From Lingula anatina (taxonomy: Eukaryota; Animalia; Brachiopoda), in NCBI GenBank assembly GCA_051362555.1, contig CM120645.1, positions 16,306,001 to 16,370,000 on the forward strand: 64,000 nucleotides of DNA, written 5' to 3'. The notes under the pieces are model-generated. The model searched no databases. It had not been told where the DNA came from and worked only from the letters and a program-made list of their open reading frames with translations. Shown piece after piece: positions 13,533 to 27,783 of this stretch; position 1 is the stretch's first letter; every line of letters starts with the position of its first letter. Made by a program: the position numbers and the translations under genes.

Positions 13533-13586
<54 letters not shown>
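13533..13586. repeat. (AAT)n microsatellite
   Basis: Read directly from the sequence. Confidence 0.95.
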
Positions 13587-13744
13587 GTACTAATAATATA
13601 AGTTTTCACTTTGTTTGCTGAATGCCACTCGGGTTGGAGCACACCTTTCGGACATGGGGCAATACAAACTTAAGCCTAATAAGCATGGACCCATCAGAAA
13701 AAATTTCTCTCAGTAAGTTGAACTAACCCCCCCCCCCCTTTCAC

Positions 13745-15230
13745 TTTTCTTAATCAGACTCTGACCTTTTCAGGGCCTCATGTAAATTGGTCACTTAACT
13801 GGATCACGACCTTTTCAGGGCCAAGGTACACTTCCTTTCTAGGTCAGTTTCTGACCTTTTTAGGGCCTCATCCACGTTGCTTTCTTAACCAGTTTCTGAC
13901 CTTTTCAGGATCAAGGTAAACTTCCTTCATAATCAGAATCCGGCCTTTTTCAGGGCCTTGTGCACTTTAGTTTGTTAAACAAATCCTGTCCTTTTCAGGG
14001 CCTCATACACATTTGCTCTCTTATCCGGATCCCGACCTTTTCAAGGCCAAGGTACACGTACTTCTTTTCAGAGCCTTGTGCACATTGGTTTTTAACCAGA
14101 TTCTGTCCTTTTCAGGACCAAGGTTCACCTTTCTTTACCAGTTTCTGACCTTTTTAGGGTTTATGTACGTTGTGTTCTCTACCAGTTTCTGACCTTTTCA
14201 GGGTCTATGTTTGTTGTGTCCTTAACCAATTTCTGACCTTTTCAAGGTTATGGTACATTTCCTTCCTAATCAGATTCTCTCCTTTTCAGGGCACATTTGT
14301 TTTTTTAACCAGATTCTGTCCTTTTCAGGACCAAAGTTCACCTTTCTTTACCAGTTTCTGATCTTTTCAGGGTCTATTTATGTTGTGTTCTTTACCAGTT
14401 TCTGACCTTTTCAATCCTACGGTACACTTCCTTCTTAATCAGATTCTCTCCTTTTCAGGGCACATTTGTTTTTTTAACCAGATTCTGTCCTTTTCAGGAC
14501 CAAAGTTCACCTTTCTTTACCAGTTTCTGATCTTTTCAGGGTCTATGTATGTTGTGTTCTTTACCAGTTTCTGACCTTTTCAATCCTACGGTACACTTCC
14601 TTCTTAATCGGATCTTGTCCTTTGCAGGGCACATTCGCTTCTTAACCAGATTCTGTCCTTTTCAGGGCACATTCGTTTTTTAACCAGATTCTGTCCTTTT
14701 CAGGACCAAGGTTCACCTTTCTTTACCTGTTTCTGATCTTTTCAGGGTCTATGTATGTTGTGTTCTTTACCAGTTTCTGACCTTTTCAATGCTATGGTAC
14801 ACTTTCTTCTTAATCAGATCTTGTCCTTTTCAGGGCACATTTGTTATTAACCAGATTCTGTCCTTTTCAGGACCAAAGTTCACATTTGTTACTAGTTTCT
14901 GACCTTTTCAGGGTCTATGTATGTTGTGTTCTTAACCATTCTCTGACCTTTTCAAGGCTATGGTACACTTCCTTCTTAACCAGATTCTGTCCTTTGCAGG
15001 GCCAAAGTTCACCTTTTTTTTACCAGTTTACAAATTTTTCAGGGCATCTTGCACATTCGTTTCTAAACCAGCTTCTTAAGTAGATTTCGGCCTTTTCAGG
15101 GCTTTACATACATTCATTTCGTTACCAAATTATGTCCTTCTCAAGGTCAAGCTACATTTCCTTTACCAGTTTCTCAAACAGATTCTCCCCTTTTAGAGCC
15201 AATTTGTTTCCTACCAAGATTAAGGCCTCT
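13745..15230. repeat. Minisatellite, ~41-42-bp monomer with ~168-bp higher-order unit
   Basis: The core ACCAG[AT]TTCTG[AT]CCTTTTCAGG recurs throughout. The variant TTAACCAGATTCTGTCCTTTTCAGGACCAA recurs at ~168-bp or ~205-215-bp spacing. Confidence 0.9.
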
Positions 15231-15459
15231 TCAGGCCCTTTATACACCATGCATGCTGCACAGTTTCAGACCTCTCCATTTCATTTATTTATTTATTTAT
15301 TTATTTATTTTTCTCATACAGCATTAATGTCATTTCATCTTATTTTTTCTGGCATCTTTCTATGCCACAGGCAGTTTATTTATTTATATTTTACTTCCCA
15401 CTGCATTGGGACTAACAGCATGCTTTTCCAACATAGTCCTTTATTTATTTATTTATACG

Positions 15460-16110
15460 TTCCTCATCAGTATGTTGGGTAGAGCGGCATGCTTTTAGCA
15501 CATACTTGTTTATTTATTTATATTTTCCTCACCCACTACATCGGGTTTAGTGGCATGCTTTTATGACATGTTTATTTATTTATTTATATTATCCTCCCTG
15601 CTACGTCGGGTTGAGCGGCATGCTTTTATGACATATTTATTTATTTATATTATCCTCCCCGCTACGTCGGGTTGAGCGGCATGCTTTTATGACATATTTA
15701 TTTATTTATATTATCCTCCCCGCTACGTCGGGTTGAGTGGCATGCTTTTATGACATATTTATTTATTTATAATATCCTCCCCGCTACGTCGGGTTGAGTG
15801 GCATGCTTTAATGACATTTATTTACTATCCTCCCCGCTACGTTGGGTTTAGTGGCATGCTTTTATGACATATTTATTTATTTATATTATCCTCCCCGCTA
15901 CGTCGGGTTGAGCGGCATGCTTTTATGACAATTATTTACTATCCTCCCCGCTACGTCGGGTTGAGTGGCATGCTTTTATGACATATTTATTTATTTATTT
16001 ATTTATTTATATTATCCTCCCCGCTATGTCGGGTTGATTGGCATGCTTTTATGACATATTTGTTTATTTACTTATACTTTCTTCCCTACTGTGACGGGTC
16101 AATTGGCATG
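15460..16110. repeat. Minisatellite, ~55-70-bp unit
   Basis: TATCCTCCCCGCTACGTCGGGTTGAG[CT]GGCATGCTTTTATGACA plus a variable (ATTT)n tract, about 10 copies. Confidence 0.93.
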
Positions 16111-16650
16111 CCTTCTTAACAGGGTTATTTATCTTTTTCCCCACTATCAAAAGTTTGTGTATGTGCATGCACGCTTTCATAATTCATTTACTTACTCATT
16201 TTCTTTTTACTAATAGCCATTATTTTTGTGGAAATTCATTGTTCTCCAAACTGCATTGGACTACTTCATTCTTTCCTTTGTGGGGTTTTCCTTGCCCAGT
16301 GCATTTGGGCACCAGTCAAGGTTATGGCCTCTTTGCAACCCCACAAATGAAATTTGTGCAAAATTGTTGGTAAATAATAACTTTTGCTGACTCGTCGCAT
16401 CATAATTTTTAGGATGATGAGTCTCATTGAATATTTGATATATAATTTTTATCCCTAAGGCCATAACATTTAATACAGGCAACAATTTGCTACATTGTTA
16501 TTATTGTTAAAACGATTAGGATAGAGGGGTTATATAATAAAAGCGGCCTGGTGTGGCCAAATCACGAACAAACAATATTCCTTGTTACCTTCTTTCTTGC
16601 TATGAATGAGACTATAAAAGTTTGTGGTACACTGAGATGGAGGAGACATA

Positions 16651-19600
16651 AATATATTTTCATCTTTTAAAACACCCTGGATATGCCGTTGCAAAAGCTA
16701 CTTTGACCTACGTACGTCATTGTTATACAAATGATGGCAGCTGATCTGGGGGTCGGTTTAATGGAAGTCGCGAATTCTCTCCACCAAAAAGAATTACATG
16801 ATGGAGTTCATTTATCCTTCGTTTTAACCCAATTTTGTCCAGAAAAGGTAAGTTTTATGCATGATTGTGTTATATTTACTGAAATACGAATTACCAAGTG
16901 ACCATAATTTCACTTAGATTAAGTGGATTGACAGAACAATGCTAATCTTGAGCAGGCTTTTCGGTTCAAATGAAATGTCACACAAATCATATTGTGTATA
17001 AATGACGGGATCTATAAATGGGTACACTTCATTTCTTGCAAAAATAGACTGTACGCAGATAATTGACAGTCAACACAGATCCTTAGCCAATTTTTATTCA
17101 GAATGTTTACGATAATATAGATGGTAAGTGCTCATTTCTGCTTGTTTTCCATTAAACTGATGGTGGAAGTGACCGTCTGGGCTGTTGTAATGCAGCACAA
17201 GGATTAAAAATGGGAAATATGGGTGGTGATCTAAGTATTTAAAGTAAATAAAGAAACTTAGTATGATACATGTATTAACCCATTTGATAAAAATAATTTA
17301 GGTTAACCGCCTTATCTTAAACCCCGTACTATATTCAAGACATGATAACAGTATACATGTAGGTACCTGAAGATGCGCTGTGTTCAATGGGGACGATAGG
17401 TCCAAAAGTAAGAGACAATATTTCTCCGCCGAGGTGTTGCATTGAAATGAACAAACGATGTGACAATAACACGCACTTCCAATGAAGGATTTTGTTAGCC
17501 TTTACCAAAAACTCCTTGTTTACTGCTTCACGTGCATTCATTTGGATAACAGAATAATCTTCAGTATTCAGTGATAACCAAGGTGTCACCTTGATGGGTC
17601 AATGGCTCTAAACACAATAAAGAGTAGCTTAAGTTATTCAGGCGTGAACCCTTCTGTTTGACGATTTTGATATCTATGCTGATAGAACAGCCATTATATA
17701 CTGTATCAGGAGCGTTAGTGCAGACTTTTGTGCTAGTGTATATAATACCACATTATTTTGACAGAGAATCCCATGCAGTGGACTTTTTGATGCAATTGAT
17801 CTCAAAGCATTCTAACGCCATTTCATACGCTTGGAAAAATAAACTTGAATTTATATGCCGTGTGCAGTTGCAGTTGCAAAAAACAACTTTGCCTAGGTTA
17901 TTGTTATACAAATGATGGCGGCTGCTCTGGGGGTCGATTTAATGGAAGTCCACATTCTTGGAAGATAGACTCTTCGCCGAAAAGAATTACATCGTTGAGT
18001 TCATTTATCCTTTGCTGTAAGCAATATTTTGTCCAAAAAAAAGCTGAGTTTTATGCCTATTCTATTGACTGAAAAATGAAATATATATATATAGTGACCC
18101 TATTTGCACGTGGATAACGCAGTCTGACAAAAAAAAAGGAAAATCCGAGCGGGATTCTCGGTTCAAATAAAAAGCCAGATTATATAAATGATACTTGGCA
18201 TATAGGGCCTACGTTATTCATTAATAGCAGGTTCCGCAACAAAAACGCTGACTTTGTGCGTAAAGAATTAATATAGAAAGGGGGTAGAAACAGTTACCAA
18301 TATTCAAACCAAGGCCACCTAAAGGTACCCATATAATCCTAATTTATATTGTGCCAATATTCGTTTCTTAATTTGATCTAGATTTTTGAATAGGTTTTTA
18401 CATGACATGCCCAAGTTCTGGTCTGTACTGGCGCGTCCTAAGTTTCGTAGCCGACCTTCGATCAACAGCTACATGTGCGCCTTAAGCCTAGATTACATTT
18501 ACCACGCGCGCCGTTTGATGAAATCGTATACGAATTTCCGAACGATTTTTTGACATCGTAAGGGTCTACACTCTTCGACGAAAATGTCTACATTGTCGCC
18601 GTGCCATTTCTCCTACATGACCTTGAGGTTATTTCGTGAAAGATCAGTTCGTCGGTTGAAAAGCGCTCATATTAGTCGTTTTCATCTTTTCCATGTTGGA
18701 AATTGCATTGTCGGAAAGTGAGTCCTTGCTATATGTTGAAACTCTTACAGTCGTGCTAAAAACCATGCGCCGCGCAAATACGGTGCAAATGGTCTACGAG
18801 AACCCTAACCCGTTTAAGCCTGTTAAAGCCAACGCACTGGCTGCTACGTCTGGTCTATACGGCCAAAACTATAGGGGAAACCGTGGGATTTCGTGCGTGA
18901 GGATTTTGTTAGCCTTTATCAAAAACTCCTTATCTACTGCCTCATGTGCATTCGTTTGGATAAGAAAATAATATTCAGTGTTCAGTGACTTAATTAGTTA
19001 ACATTTACACACATGTCATCTTACGGGTGACGTCATAATTGCACTTTTCAAGTAAAAAAAAGAAAAAACAATGGTTTCTCAAATTTCTCTATTTACACGA
19101 GCAACTACGAACACCGTTAATTTAAGGACATCAGTAAGTACCCCAAATATCAGCCAGTGTTTTCCTTTAAAAGCCTTACTTCAGATTTTATTGTTGATAA
19201 ATCAAAATAATGGCTTTGTTTAATGAAAATACATATGTAGTAAGGGGCTCATGGCTCCCTAACAGAAAACATTTAAACCACAATGGCGACATGCTATTGT
19301 AGCACATTGACTTGTGGTCATCTATGTCATTTTCGTGATAAATTCTTGGTCAGACAAGAAGTTACGCCCCATACCGATTATTATGTCACCTCAAAATAGA
19401 AAGGTGTTAAATTGACGATAACAGATGTGAGTTGCCTATGCTTAGTCATTGCAACGAAAGATATAAACGTCGATATTTTATATTTTTGACAGGATTTATA
19501 TAGTTTTAAATCAGCACAAAGATACTAGTGAACAATATTAAACAATTACATACACGAAATATCCTCATTTTTTCGATATCTGGATGATGATGATGAAGGA

Positions 19601-22320
19601 TAACAATACCCCAGAGATGTCAATTAAAATTTCAATTATGAAAGAAAACGGTGTGAGGCAGCTAGGCCCAACTGTGCATGTATTAAGGGTCACCCAGCGA
19701 ATAGCCTACTTAAGCATATGTCAACAAGCCGACTGCGGTCATTAAAAGCAACCTCCACGCGCACTAAGAATAGTTTTTATCCATCAGCAGTACGTATTTT
19801 TAATGAACAAAATGTATTTTAATAATTCCACTGTATCACATTTTATCGACAGATCATACCAATTTTCATTTTATATTTGTATTAATATGACAATAAATTA
19901 TTATTATTATTATTATTATAAGCGACGAAATATGCCTACAAACCTTTCTAAATCACCGCCATTTTGATGCATGAGGCGCGTACACTCACCTGCCTGTTGG
20001 TAAATAAAACAAAAGCTGAACGGATCCTGTTTTTAGACTCTTATAAGGCAAGGATCGTCGATACGGCAGCTAACCTTGGTAATGTTGTCCCCTCCGGAGA
20101 TCCCTCTTTCTCGACAACGACAACGCCCTCAGTAAACAAGATTGATATCTATTTTCATCTTTTAAAGAACCCTGGATATGCCGTTGCAAAAGCTACTTTG
20201 ACCTACGTCATTGTTATACAAATAATGGCAGCTGATCTGGGGGTCGGTTTAATGGAAGTCGCGTATTCTTGGAAGACAGTCTCTCCACCAAAAAGAATTA
20301 CATGATGGAGTTCATTTATCCTTCGTTTTAACCCAATTTTGTCCAGAAAAGGTAAGTTCTATGCATAATTCTGTTATATTTACTGAAATACGAACTACCA
20401 AGTGACCATAATTTCACTTAGATAAAGTGGATTGACAAAACAATCATGTGAATGGCAATCTTCAACAGGCTTTTCGGCTCGAACGAAAAGTCACGCCATG
20501 TAAATATTAATCATATTGTGTATAAATGACGGGATCTATAAATGGGTACACTTCATTTCTTGAAAAATAGACTGTACACTGATAATCGACAGTCAACACA
20601 GATCCTTAGCCAATTTTTATTCAGAATGTTTACGATAATATAGATGGTAAGTGCTCATTTCTGCTTGTTTTCCATTAAACTGATGGTGGAAGTGACCGTC
20701 TGGGCTGTTGTAATGCAGCACAAGGATTAAAAATGGGAAATATGGGTGGTGATCTAAGTATTTCAAATAAAGAAACTTAGAATGATACATGTATTAACCC
20801 ATTTGATAAAAATAATTTAGGTTAACCGCCTTATCTTTAACCCCGTACTATATTCAAGACATGATAGCAGTATACATGTAGGTACCTGAAGATGCACTGT
20901 GTTCAGTGGGGACGATAGGTCCAAAAGTAAGAGACAATATTTCTCCGCCGAGGTGTTGCACTGAAATGAACAAACGATGTGACAATAACACGCACTTCCA
21001 ATGAAGACTTTTGTTAGCCTTTACCAAAAACTCCTTGTTTACTGCTTCACGTGCATTCATTTGGATAACATCTTCAGTATTCAGTGATATGCTGTCACCT
21101 TGATGGGTCAATGGCTCTAAACACAATAAGAACGCCTTAAGTAATTCATGCCTTAACCCTCCTATTTGTACCCTGAGTGTCAGCTACCTTGTTAACTAAC
21201 TTTTTCATGGAATACTCTATACAAAATGTAAAATGAAAAATAAATAATATATATTTTAAAAGAAAAAGATATACCAGATGTTATAGTATTTTTTGCATTG
21301 AAATGAAGAAACGATCATGTGACAATAACACGCACTACCAGTGAAGGGTTTTGTTAGCTTTTACCAAAAAAACTCCTTGCTTCACGTGCATTCATTTGGA
21401 TAACAGAATAATCTGTAACCTGATGGGTGAATGGATCTAAACACAATAAAGAGCGTCTTAAGTTATTCAGGCGTTAACCCAGATGATTTTGATGCCTACG
21501 CTGGTGGAACAGTCATTATATACTGTATCACGAGCGTTATGGCAGACTTTTGTGCTAGTCTTTATAATACCACATTATTTTGACAGAGAGTCCCATAGAG
21601 TGGACTTTTTGATGCAATTGATTTCAAAGCATTCTAACACCGTTTCATACACTTGGAAAAATAAACTTGTATTTACATGCTGTTGCACACCTGGATGTTG
21701 AAAAAAAAAAGGGTTATTGTTATAGAAATGATGGCGGCTTATCTGGGGGTCGATTTAATTGAAGTGTAACATTCTTGGAAGATCGTTGAGTTCATTTATA
21801 ATTCGTTGTAGGCAATATTTCGTCCAAAAAAGCTAAGTATTATGCGTAATTCTATTGACTGAAAAATGAAATATATAGTGACCCTATTAGCACGTGGATA
21901 ACGCAGTCTGACAAAAAATGGAAAATTCCGAGCAGGCTTTTAAGCTCACATAAAAAGTCATGTAAATCAGCAAAGGTAAGTTTTATGCCTTATTTTGTAA
22001 TATTGACTGAAATACGAAATAACCAGCGAACCTATTTGCACGTGGATAACACAATCTGACAAAAAAAAAAGAAAAAAAAATTAAACAGTCTTCTAAGTTC
22101 AAATAAAAAGTCAAATCATATAAATGATACTGGGCATAGGGCATATACGTTGCTCATTATTAGCAGGTTGTGAAACAAAACGCTGACTTGGTGCGTAAAG
22201 AATTAATATAGAAAGCGAGTAGAAAAGTTATAAATTTTCAAACCAAGGCCACCTAAACGTACCCATATAATCCTAGTTAATATTGTGCCAATATTCGTTT
22301 CAATAAGGTTTTTGTATAAG
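16651..22320 (+). repeat. Complex local tandem/segmental duplications
   Basis: 16651-17600 resembles 20145-21130, 17430-18365 resembles 21290-22300, and 21150-21520 resembles 26521-26888. ORF-track peptides are duplicated (VIQMNAREAVNKEFLVKANK; IIPHYFDRESH). Confidence 0.85.
19685..19919 (+). mobile_element. 5'-truncated Rex1/Babar (CR1-group) LINE 3' end
   Basis: It is absent from the paralogous site at ~5185. It encodes SRLRSLKATSTRTKNSFYPSAVRIFNE, a typical ORF2 C-terminus, followed by AATAAA and a (TTA)n tail. Confidence 0.75.
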
Positions 22321-22327
22321 TTTTTAA

Positions 22328-24297
22328 ATGCCGTCCGACACGTTCGCATGTCGTACTTTCTTCCATTTTTTGAGAATTCGTAGACCGCACGCAGCGGCTA
22401 TTGATCATGTCGAAAAATTTCTACGTGCTGTCTGTGAACTCCAAAACTTGCACGATGGACGTGTTCCTCACGCAGGAAATCCCACGTTTTCCCCAATTTC
22501 TTTGGTCGCAGACCAGACGTAGAAGCCCGTACGTTGGGTTGGGACCCAAGTTTAAAGCCTCGGTCACAATCAGACGCACGAATTTCAGGATCGTACGTCC
22601 CCGGCAATTTTTGGGTGTTGCAGAGGCCGTGGAGGTCGTAGAGGTAGAGGAAAGTCTGCCTTGCGAGTCGCAAAGACCACATGAGATGTCCTTTCAAGCA
22701 GGGACGCTAATTGCGAAGAGCGATGGCCGTGGAAATTTTTCTCATTTCTTGAGTTTGTCTTGCTTCCTGTGTACGTCGCACACACACACCACTTACGAAA
22801 GGAATGCAACGCAGGGCGAAAGTAGTGCCTTTTTGCGTCAGTTTTGCTTCACACTTGCCTCACACGTTTGTGGTGACGTACTGACGGCGTACGTCAGTTT
22901 TGCTTCCTGTTCTCCTGTTCTTTCTTCTTACTCCTCCCCTTTTTCTACTGTTTAGGCCTCGGTCACAACCGGCCGTACGGGCTCTTACGGGCTGTTTGCG
23001 TCCAAATTTTGCGCAGAATCTCACGTCCTACGCAAGTGCTTCTTACGAAATTTCGAGTTCGCAGACAGCCCGTAAGCACGTACGGGGGAAGTTGGACATG
23101 TCCAAAAGATTCTACGAATAGCCTGCGAACAGCGAGACCGCAAGCGTAACTTGCTCCACTCGCACGGAGTTAGCAAAAGACACGCGCGTTGCGCGAGACA
23201 CACGTCGCAAGCAATGAAGGAACAAGTACCCTTTGCGTGTTGAGTAAGGCGCACGCCCTCATAACTAACGAACAAAGTCGAGAACACACAGGGAATGCGT
23301 CGCACGTTCGTCACCCCCACGCCTGATGTATAAAAGGCGTGTTCACGATGCGCGCTCGTGTCTTTACAATGAACGTCGAACGTATAACGTGTACAACAAT
23401 TTTCTAAATGTTCATATTTTTGCTCAATTTAGTGTCTAATAAACCTCCAAAAGGCAAGAGAAAGAAGCTTACATAGTAGAAGAAAGGTAGGAGGAAGAAG
23501 AAAGAAGAGGAGAACAGGAATCAAAACTGACGTACGCTGTCAATACGTCACCACAAACGTGTGATGCAGGTGTGAAGCCAAACTTACGCAAAAGGGCACT
23601 ACTTTCGCCGTGCGTTGCATTCCCTTCTTAAGCGGTGAGTGTGCCATGTACACAGGAAGCAAGACAAACTCAAGAAATGAGTACAATTTCCACGGCCATC
23701 GTTCCTTGGAAATAGCGTCCCTGCTTGAAAGGACATCTCATTTGGCCCTTGCGACTCGCAAGGCAGACTGGCCTCTACCTCTACGACCTCCACGACTTCC
23801 GCAACACCCAAAAATCGCAGGGGACGTACGATCCTGAAATTCGTGCGTCCGGTTGTGACCGAGGCTTTAAGCTTCTTTCTCTTGCCTTTTGGAGGCATAT
23901 TAGAAACATAACTGAGCCAAAATTGGAAAATTTTGATAATTGTTTTACAAGTAAGACAGTCGACGTTCATTGTAAAGACACGAACGTGCGTCGTGAGCAC
24001 GCCTTTCATACACCAGGCGTGGGGGTGACGCACGTGCGATGCATTCCCGTGTGCTCTCGACTTTGTTCGTTAGTTGTGTGGGCGTGCGCCTTACTCAACA
24101 AGCAAAGGGCACTTGCTCCATTATTGCTTGCGACGTGCGTCTTGCACAACGCGCGTCTCTCTTGCTAACTCCGTGCGAGGGGAGCAAGTTACGCTTGCGG
24201 CCTCGTTGTTCGCAGGCTATTCGTAGAATCTTTTGTACATGTCCAGCATCCTCTGTACGTGCTAACGGGCTTTCTGCAAACTCTAAATTGCGTAGGA
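22328..24297. mobile_element. Modular PIF/Harbinger-like non-autonomous repeat, cluster 1
   Basis: Multiple T[TA]A-[AG]GCCTCGGTCACAA terminus-like motifs (22555, 22953, reverse at ~23866). Internal inverted duplications are present, and the same modules occur at 59817-61160. Confidence 0.7.
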
Positions 24298-25391
24298 CCT
24301 CGGTTCCTGGTAATGATTGTCCGTAGGACTAACATTTCTTGGGAATAGTACTCCTACAGGGACTTAGGTTCCTGGCTCATACTTAGAGTAGGTAGGGCTT
24401 GTATTACTGTCGGACTTTTATTCCTGTTCCACCTATGAAAGTAATATAAGTCCGGCCATTTGAAAGTCCTATCCTTAGGCAATAATACGGTTAAATGATA
24501 CAACTATAAATGTATATGAAATCCTTCTGGTGAGCCATATATCAGACAAAAAATGAGAGGTTTGCAATTTCAGCTCGTCTGTGTAGTGGTTATCGTGCAA
24601 GTCCGTATGGTAAGAATTCATGAACTGTTCTGTTACATCTATGGGTTCGAGACCTACCTTTGACATGACCTTTACCCCCCTCCCCTCTCCCCCCATTTAT
24701 TACTTGTAGTAAAATATATAATGGTGTTTTAATGTCTAATGTGTTCGAAATTCCGTGCTTATTACATTTACAACTATTTTTTGTTTTGTTTTTTAAGTGT
24801 CAAAGCACCAAAATAGCAAAGGTTTATTACAGAACATTATATACATACAGCATTGGTCAAAAAGGTTGTCCCACCCCCATTTCCATGTACTTTTAATTAC
24901 AAATGATCACCTCACAGCTGTAAATTGTTAGAAATAGCTAGTGCTTTTTATTACAGATACCGTGTCTAACATGATTAATGGTTTAAAAAATACAAAATAG
25001 AGGTAAAAATATACATATACCATTTAGTCAAATTTATAAGAGGTACCCCCTCAAATCCACTGTTTCACTGTGACTTCTACAGATGTAAAGAAATGTCTAT
25101 AAAATTGAAAAGACGCCATCAAATGTCCCCAAATTCACAGACAATTAGCATTAGGGTGTGCTCGTTAAAGGTCACGTGCCTAACAGCGTGTGCGTCTACC
25201 GCGTACTGCAATTATCCCCTGTAGACGGCGCGACAAGCCTTCAACACGGGTAACGCACCTCACCTAATCTCTTGACCTCGGCTGCATTGCCATAGTGATA
25301 ACCAAGGTGACAAAGAAACCGACTGGGCTGTCACCTTGATGGGTCAATGGCTCTAAACACAATAAGAGCGTCTAAAGTAATTCAGGCGTTA

Positions 25392-26520
25392 TACCCCCGT
25401 CACACTTATTCGGAATCAGCAGGAATGAAGAAGAATGAGCCTGAACGAAGAATTTTTAAAATTCGCACCACATTCGGGGAAAAATTTCAAATTGACCTTA
25501 ATTATTGTAAGAGTACCGTTGGAATACTCAGAATGCGCTTGAATTCGCCTGGAATGATGAGTGCACTTTCGACTGTATTAATTAGCTCTCAAAAGCAGTT
25601 CGAATGTAGTTGGAAAACTAGGAATATATTTATGATAATGTAAGAAGGCAGTAATAATATTTAGAATATACTTTGAACGGCGCACTAGTGTAGTTCGATT
25701 GCTGGCAACATAAATATTTCAGCTCATCCGAGGCACATTCGAAACATTCTGGCGGGATATAAAATCCCCGTCACACTGGAGGTGGAATGATTAAGAATGG
25801 CGTCTGAAATACAATTATTTGTGCATTCCAGGATATTCGAAGAGCATTCTTAAACATTACACAATTTTTGAGTGCATTCCAAATATTTTTACCCATTCTT
25901 GTGGCCGGCTCGAATGTTTTTGTCATGTCAAAAACTTTCGAAGTGCATGCCAAGAAGAAATTTATCGCAATATCCCTACAGTATTCCAACTACATTCGAG
26001 CTGCATTTGAGAGGTAATATACCTGGAATGTGCAGGAATCATTCCAGGCGGGTTCGATGTGCATTCTTAGTATTCCAGAGGCATTCTTACAAAACTGTAA
26101 TATTTTATGATAATTTGAAATTCCCTCCCGAATATGGTACGAATTTTAAAATTAGTAATTCAGGCTTGATTCCTACTGATTTCGAATAAGTTTGACGGGG
26201 GCTTTAAGTCACTTGTCAGTTCGAATATTCCTCTAATGTGATCAGAATGTTTCGAATGCTGGCGGAATGCCGTGAGAATATTGAGAATGCAGTCATAGTG
26301 CAGTTAGAATACTGTTCAAAAGCCATTCGATAAATTTCCACTTGGAATGCAATTCGAAAGTTTTTGACATGACAAAAACATTCGGGATGCCACAAGAATG
26401 GGTAAAAATATTTAGAATGCACTCGGAACTTTTGAATGCTCTTCGAATATCCAGGAGCGCACAAAGAATTTTCTTTCCGACGGCATTCTTGCTCATTCCG
26501 CCTCTAGTGTGACGGGGGTA
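25392..26520. mobile_element. PIF/Harbinger-like non-autonomous element with four termini
   Basis: Perfect 15-bp TIR TACCCCCGTCACACT with a TTA TSD (25389-25391 / 26521-26523). It interrupts a host repeat seen intact near 21150. Extra internal ends lie at ~25766 and ~26200. Confidence 0.88.
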
Positions 26521-27617
26521 TTAACCCTCCTATTTGTACCCTGAGTGTCAGCTACCTTGTTAACTATTCTAACTTTTTCATGAAATACTCTATACAAGAT
26601 GTAAAATGAAAAACAAATAATATATTTTAAGAGAAAAAGATATACTACATGTTATAGTAGTCTTTGCATTGAAATGAACAAACGAAAATGTGACAATGAC
26701 ACACACTACCAATGAAGGATTTTGTTAGCTTTTACCAAAAACTCCTTGCTTCACGTGCATTCATTTGGATAACAGAATAATTTGTCACCTTGAAAGGTGA
26801 AAGGATCTAAACACAGTAAAGAGCGTCTTAAGTTATTCAGGCGTTAATCCGGGCGATTTTGATGTCTACGCTAGTAGAACAGTCATTACAGTAGTAATAA
26901 AAATTAAGTTTCCGTTGTACGACGTTTTAAAAACGTCAGAAACGTTTTAATCCCTATACTATGAATAGAAGGGGGCGGACAAACAATGGAGAGCCGTCTA
27001 ATCCCTTCAAAATTCGAACGCCAAAACACAATAGTTTAGACGTAATAACACACAATACCTTAGGCGAGTGAACCCCATGACGCCTGTTTCTGTGGTCCAG
27101 CGCGAGCACAACAATCCGCTGTGACTAGGTGTAATTAACAGCAGGATACATCAGTCAGAAAGTGCCCATTGTTTGTTGCGGCGATAGGATTATACTCCCG
27201 TGGCCACCTATCCTTTTGTTCACTAGCTTGGCACACGCAGCTGATCATGTTTTAAGTGTTGCAAGAAAACTGCTAGTTTAATTTAGTATCAGTTTTTTCA
27301 TTCAACATGAAGTGTTCTGTGGTCAAAAATTGAATTTGATAGACATGCATCAGCATCGTACATCAGCATGATCAACAAATCACCCCGTCTCAAAAAGTTT
27401 AAAGATGATCCGTACACAAATTTCCATCATCGCTACCTGTGTAAAAATACATTACTGTTTAGAGATAACAAAGAAAGAAACATTATTAAAACAATTTATT
27501 CACATTACAAGCTGGCGTGTTGCCTCAATTACTACATTAAGTTACATTTTATATAAAATAATAGAGCGAATCCGTAAAAGGATAATAATAGAAAGTCTTA
27601 ATAAATAAATATATAAA

Positions 27618-27783
27618 CAGGCCCGCAGCCAGGGGGAGTTCGGGAGGTTCGAAAAAACCCCCTTTTGCTTAAAAAAGGCCCACTCTGGGTAAAATTTGAC
27701 ATAAATACATGGGGATTTTTCGGTAAAAGGTCCACTTTTCAGAAAAAGACACTCCCTCTTTAAAATTGCTGGCTACGGGCTTG
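27618..27783. mobile_element. Small hAT-like MITE (in array copy 1)
   Basis: TIRs CAGGCCCGCAGCCAG / CTGGCTACGGGCTTG sit within an (AAAT)n tract. It is absent from array copy 3 (~49225-49250). Confidence 0.8.

Noticed and set aside
15460-16110. CRISPR-like regularly spaced repeats
   Set aside because: The intervening sequences are only (ATTT)n length variants rather than unique spacers. The context is eukaryotic and there are no cas genes.
22328-24326. Overlapping 60-184 aa ORFs
   Set aside because: They are products of GC-richer MITE-like modules, occur on both strands with inconsistent frames between copies, and show no domain motifs.
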